Below are positions 60,648-64,000 of a DNA stretch of 64,000 nt, piece after piece. Each line of letters starts with the position of its first letter. The stretch's first letter is position 1. Position numbers and translations under genes: made by a program. The DNA comes from the human T2T-CHM13v2.0 reference genome, Homo sapiens. The stretch lies in the NCBI RefSeq assembly GCF_009914755.1, contig NC_060936.1, one strand, 5' to 3'. The notes under the pieces were generated by a model. It was not told the DNA's origin and made no database searches. It saw only the letters and a program-made list of their open reading frames with translations.

Positions 60648-62220
60648 CTATCCAAAAGGCAATCCAGTCCAAGCTGATGCAGAACCTGTTTGTTGACGAG
60701 GCGCTGGCCCTTCCCTGTGCCTTCTTGTTTGACTTCTCTGAGAAATGCTGCAATGGGGAAAGGAAGTTGATGCCTAAGTCAACTCCTTAGCCCCTCCTTC
60801 CCTAAGACAGAGGGCATAGAGATATTAGTCACAGCTAATGAGGTTTGATTTAATGAATCAATAACAACAATTTCAGTCCTTTATTGAGGGTCACTTTATT
60901 GGCATGTTGGTCATTTATAAACTTCACTGCAAACCCACAGCTAGCATTGTGTAGGGGCAGAGGCAGATGGGTATCAATTGTAGAGATATGGTAGTGCCCC
61001 TTCAGTTCACCCACTGCTATACTGGTGTTTAAAGTGGGCAAAGAGGTTCCCAGCCTCTATGACTAGCCTGTTAGAGCTCTAAGTTGCTTTTTAGTAAATC
61101 CCAAATGAGGATAATAATACTAAGAGTCCATTAACTGAAGGCTCACTATATCCAGATCAAGTATCAACACTTGTTGCTGTAAATTCTGTAGGATCAAAGA
61201 GTTAATAAATTGCAGAGTGAGGATTCAATTCCTGAGCATGGAACTGTGAACTCAATAAGAATCACATTGAATAATAATTTATCTAATTAACAAGTATTGA
61301 CTTAGCATCGACTGTAGGAAAAGCCTAGGGCTAGGCATTGGGAAGGATATAAAAAGTTCTGCAGCCTCATTCCACTTCTCGCCAAGCTTCAGGCATGTGA
61401 CACTCACTGAAGTAATGGCTTAACACATTACATTTGCCATCATTACTGTCACTAGAACTATAACCACCACTGTCAGAGCTCTGCCAGAATCACCTCTACC
61501 ATCACCATTGTCAACACCAAAAAAACACTGTGAAGCATCTGTTTACATGTGGCCCTGTGGCACTTCTCAGAAGTGGTACTTGGGTCACAGCTACAGCATG
61601 CTGAAGGATTAGGTGGTGCTTGAATGAAGATGAGATTGACAAACTCTACTCTTAGCTTTGAGCAGGCTGCACATGCCACTCTCCTGGGAGCTGTCAATCC
61701 AGGACAGAGCACGATGCTTGCAGAATGGGAAATAAGCCTGGTTTACATAATGTTTTAGGGGGAGTTGACGGTTGAGGTGTCAGTCTCCTTTTCTGAGAGT
61801 CCATCTATGCTGATTTCTCTTCCTGATCAAAGTTCCTACCAACCTGTCACAAAGGGCACCCTATTACATCAGGTGGTGTCTCACCTATGTGAAACTAGAA
61901 AGGGTGCTAAACATACCAAGGCAGTATTTTAAGCCAACTGTAACCTCTTGAAACACACATGAGGCAAATCTAGAACCAGAGACTTAAAAAGTGAGTCAGA
62001 GTCTATACTGGGAACTTTATATGCAAACAAATTTCATGTACATGGGCATACAATTCAGATGTACTTACATTCATTATATTATTCCAATCACAGAACCGAA
62101 GGAGACCATGTACTCTTTCAAACACACAAATCCCACCCTTCTTATCTGCATGCCTTAGCTTATTTCCTATCTACAGCCTGAAATGCCCTTTCTCTGAATC
62201 TGTAAATATACAAATACAAT

Positions 62221-62646
62221 TATTATGGGTTGAATTATATGCACCAAAAAATGCTCAAGTCCTAACCCCCAGGACCTGTCACTATGACCTTATTTGGAAA
62301 TTGAGTCTTTGCAAATGCTCACATTTAGATGAAGTCATTAGGGTGGGCCCTAACACAATATGACTGGTGTCCTCACGAAAAAGGGAAATTTAGAGATAAA
62401 GACAGCTGTGCGTAGAAGAAAGATGACGTGAAGACACAGGGAGAACATCATCTATGAGCCAAAGAACGTGTGAGGCTACCAGAAGCTGGGAAAGACGCCT
62501 GAAACAGATTCTGTCTCACAGCCCTCAGAAGGAACCAACCATGTTAACACCTTGACTTCTGACTTCCAACCTCCAGAACTGTGAGACAATCAATTTCTGT
62601 TGTTCTAAGCCACTCACTGCGTAGCAGCCCCTGGGAAACCACCACA
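62221..62646 (+). mobile_element. MLT1B/C LTR
   Basis: TATGGGTTGAATT...TAGGGTGGGCCCTAA...CCTCCAGAACTGTGAGACAAT. Confidence 0.82.
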
Positions 62647-63694
62647 CAAATCAAATCTCAACATCAACCTGCTTCCCATGGAACATCTTCTCTGAGTGTA
62701 GCCTGGTATTTAAAAAAACAATGAACTGTACGTCTTTGTTGACTGACTCACTGTTGGACCCTTGATGAATGACACTATACTAGACCCTGTGATGATACAA
62801 ACGTGATATGGTTTTACTGTCGAGACTCTTCTAATCTTTGTGCATGGCAACACATAAACTCTATGTGTACCTGTAAGGCAGGATAACATAGGTGCTAAAC
62901 AGATTCAGAATGACAAGTGACAAGAAAAGAACTATCACAGGGAGGGCTCTGTGGAGGAGCTGGTGGGCTTGTGAAGTGGCTCAGGTAATGGTTATCTCCC
63001 TCTTGACAGCATAGGAGACCCCACTAATAATCTTGACTCTGCCTGCATATGCTGCCTTGTCTAAGTAGCCTTGGAGGTCAGAGCAGGTCCTCAGTCTGTG
63101 GTCCTGGGATGCTGTGGACAGACAGGTCATCATAGTTAAGGGAATCCTAGGTAGGCTGTATGTTTTGCTTCCCTTTCTGGTGACTTCTCTGGTGCTTACA
63201 GGGGATTGTGGGAAAGTTGAGTATCAGCAGTCTGGGCGGGTTCGTGTGTATGGAATGTGGAAGCCAGACAACATGCCCCTTTCTTGCTTGCATTGCTGCA
63301 ATAAAAACTCCCCTGGCTGGGGGAGTCTGGGCTGGTAATAGAAAGTGATGTAGGCCATGGTCATCCTTCAACCTAGAGCTGAATCCCAGTGGTGGGGTTT
63401 AGGATCCTAAAGGGCTTTGAGGATCCTCAAGAATATGCCTTGGTCCCTTTCCTAGTCTCTTTACCTTGCCCCTGTCTTGTCCTCCAACCACTCAGAATTT
63501 TGATATGCTTTTATATGGCCAAATGATACCCAAACATTTGAATGCTCTTTTCTTTTCTCACTTGTCTCCGTTTTGGTAACCTGCCTGACAGACCGACTTG
63601 TGCTTCTTCCTATGCTTCATTTATTTCCCCCATTTTTAAACTTAGACATTCATTCTAGCATTTATCCAATACTTATTAAGTGATTACCCCCCCC

Positions 63695-64000
<306 letters not shown>

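Overview
Primate (almost certainly human) non-genic or intronic DNA made up mostly of interspersed repeats. I found no host protein-coding exon, CRISPR array or prokaryotic feature. The window opens inside a young human-specific LINE-1 (L1HS, pre-Ta ACG/G diagnostics) with an open ORF1 (5' end cut by the window edge) and an intact 1275-aa ORF2. An older antisense L1PA fragment abuts its (AAAAC)n tail, creating a ~1.73 kb inverted repeat. That fragment is itself fused in frame to an Alu tail. The rest is a nested record of a near full-length L1MA1/2, other old L1s, Alus, MaLR LTRs, MIR/L2/CR1 and DNA MITEs. Local oddities include a tailless 5S rRNA retrocopy, a tail-less and TSD-less AluY, a candidate L1 3' transduction, a patchwork templated insertion and an old inverted duplication of an LTR/flank junction. 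I cannot support a clearly new biological system; the L1HS/antisense-L1/Alu cassette at 1-7115 is the best candidate for unusual function. Subfamily calls come from recalled consensus sequences, not from a RepeatMasker run.
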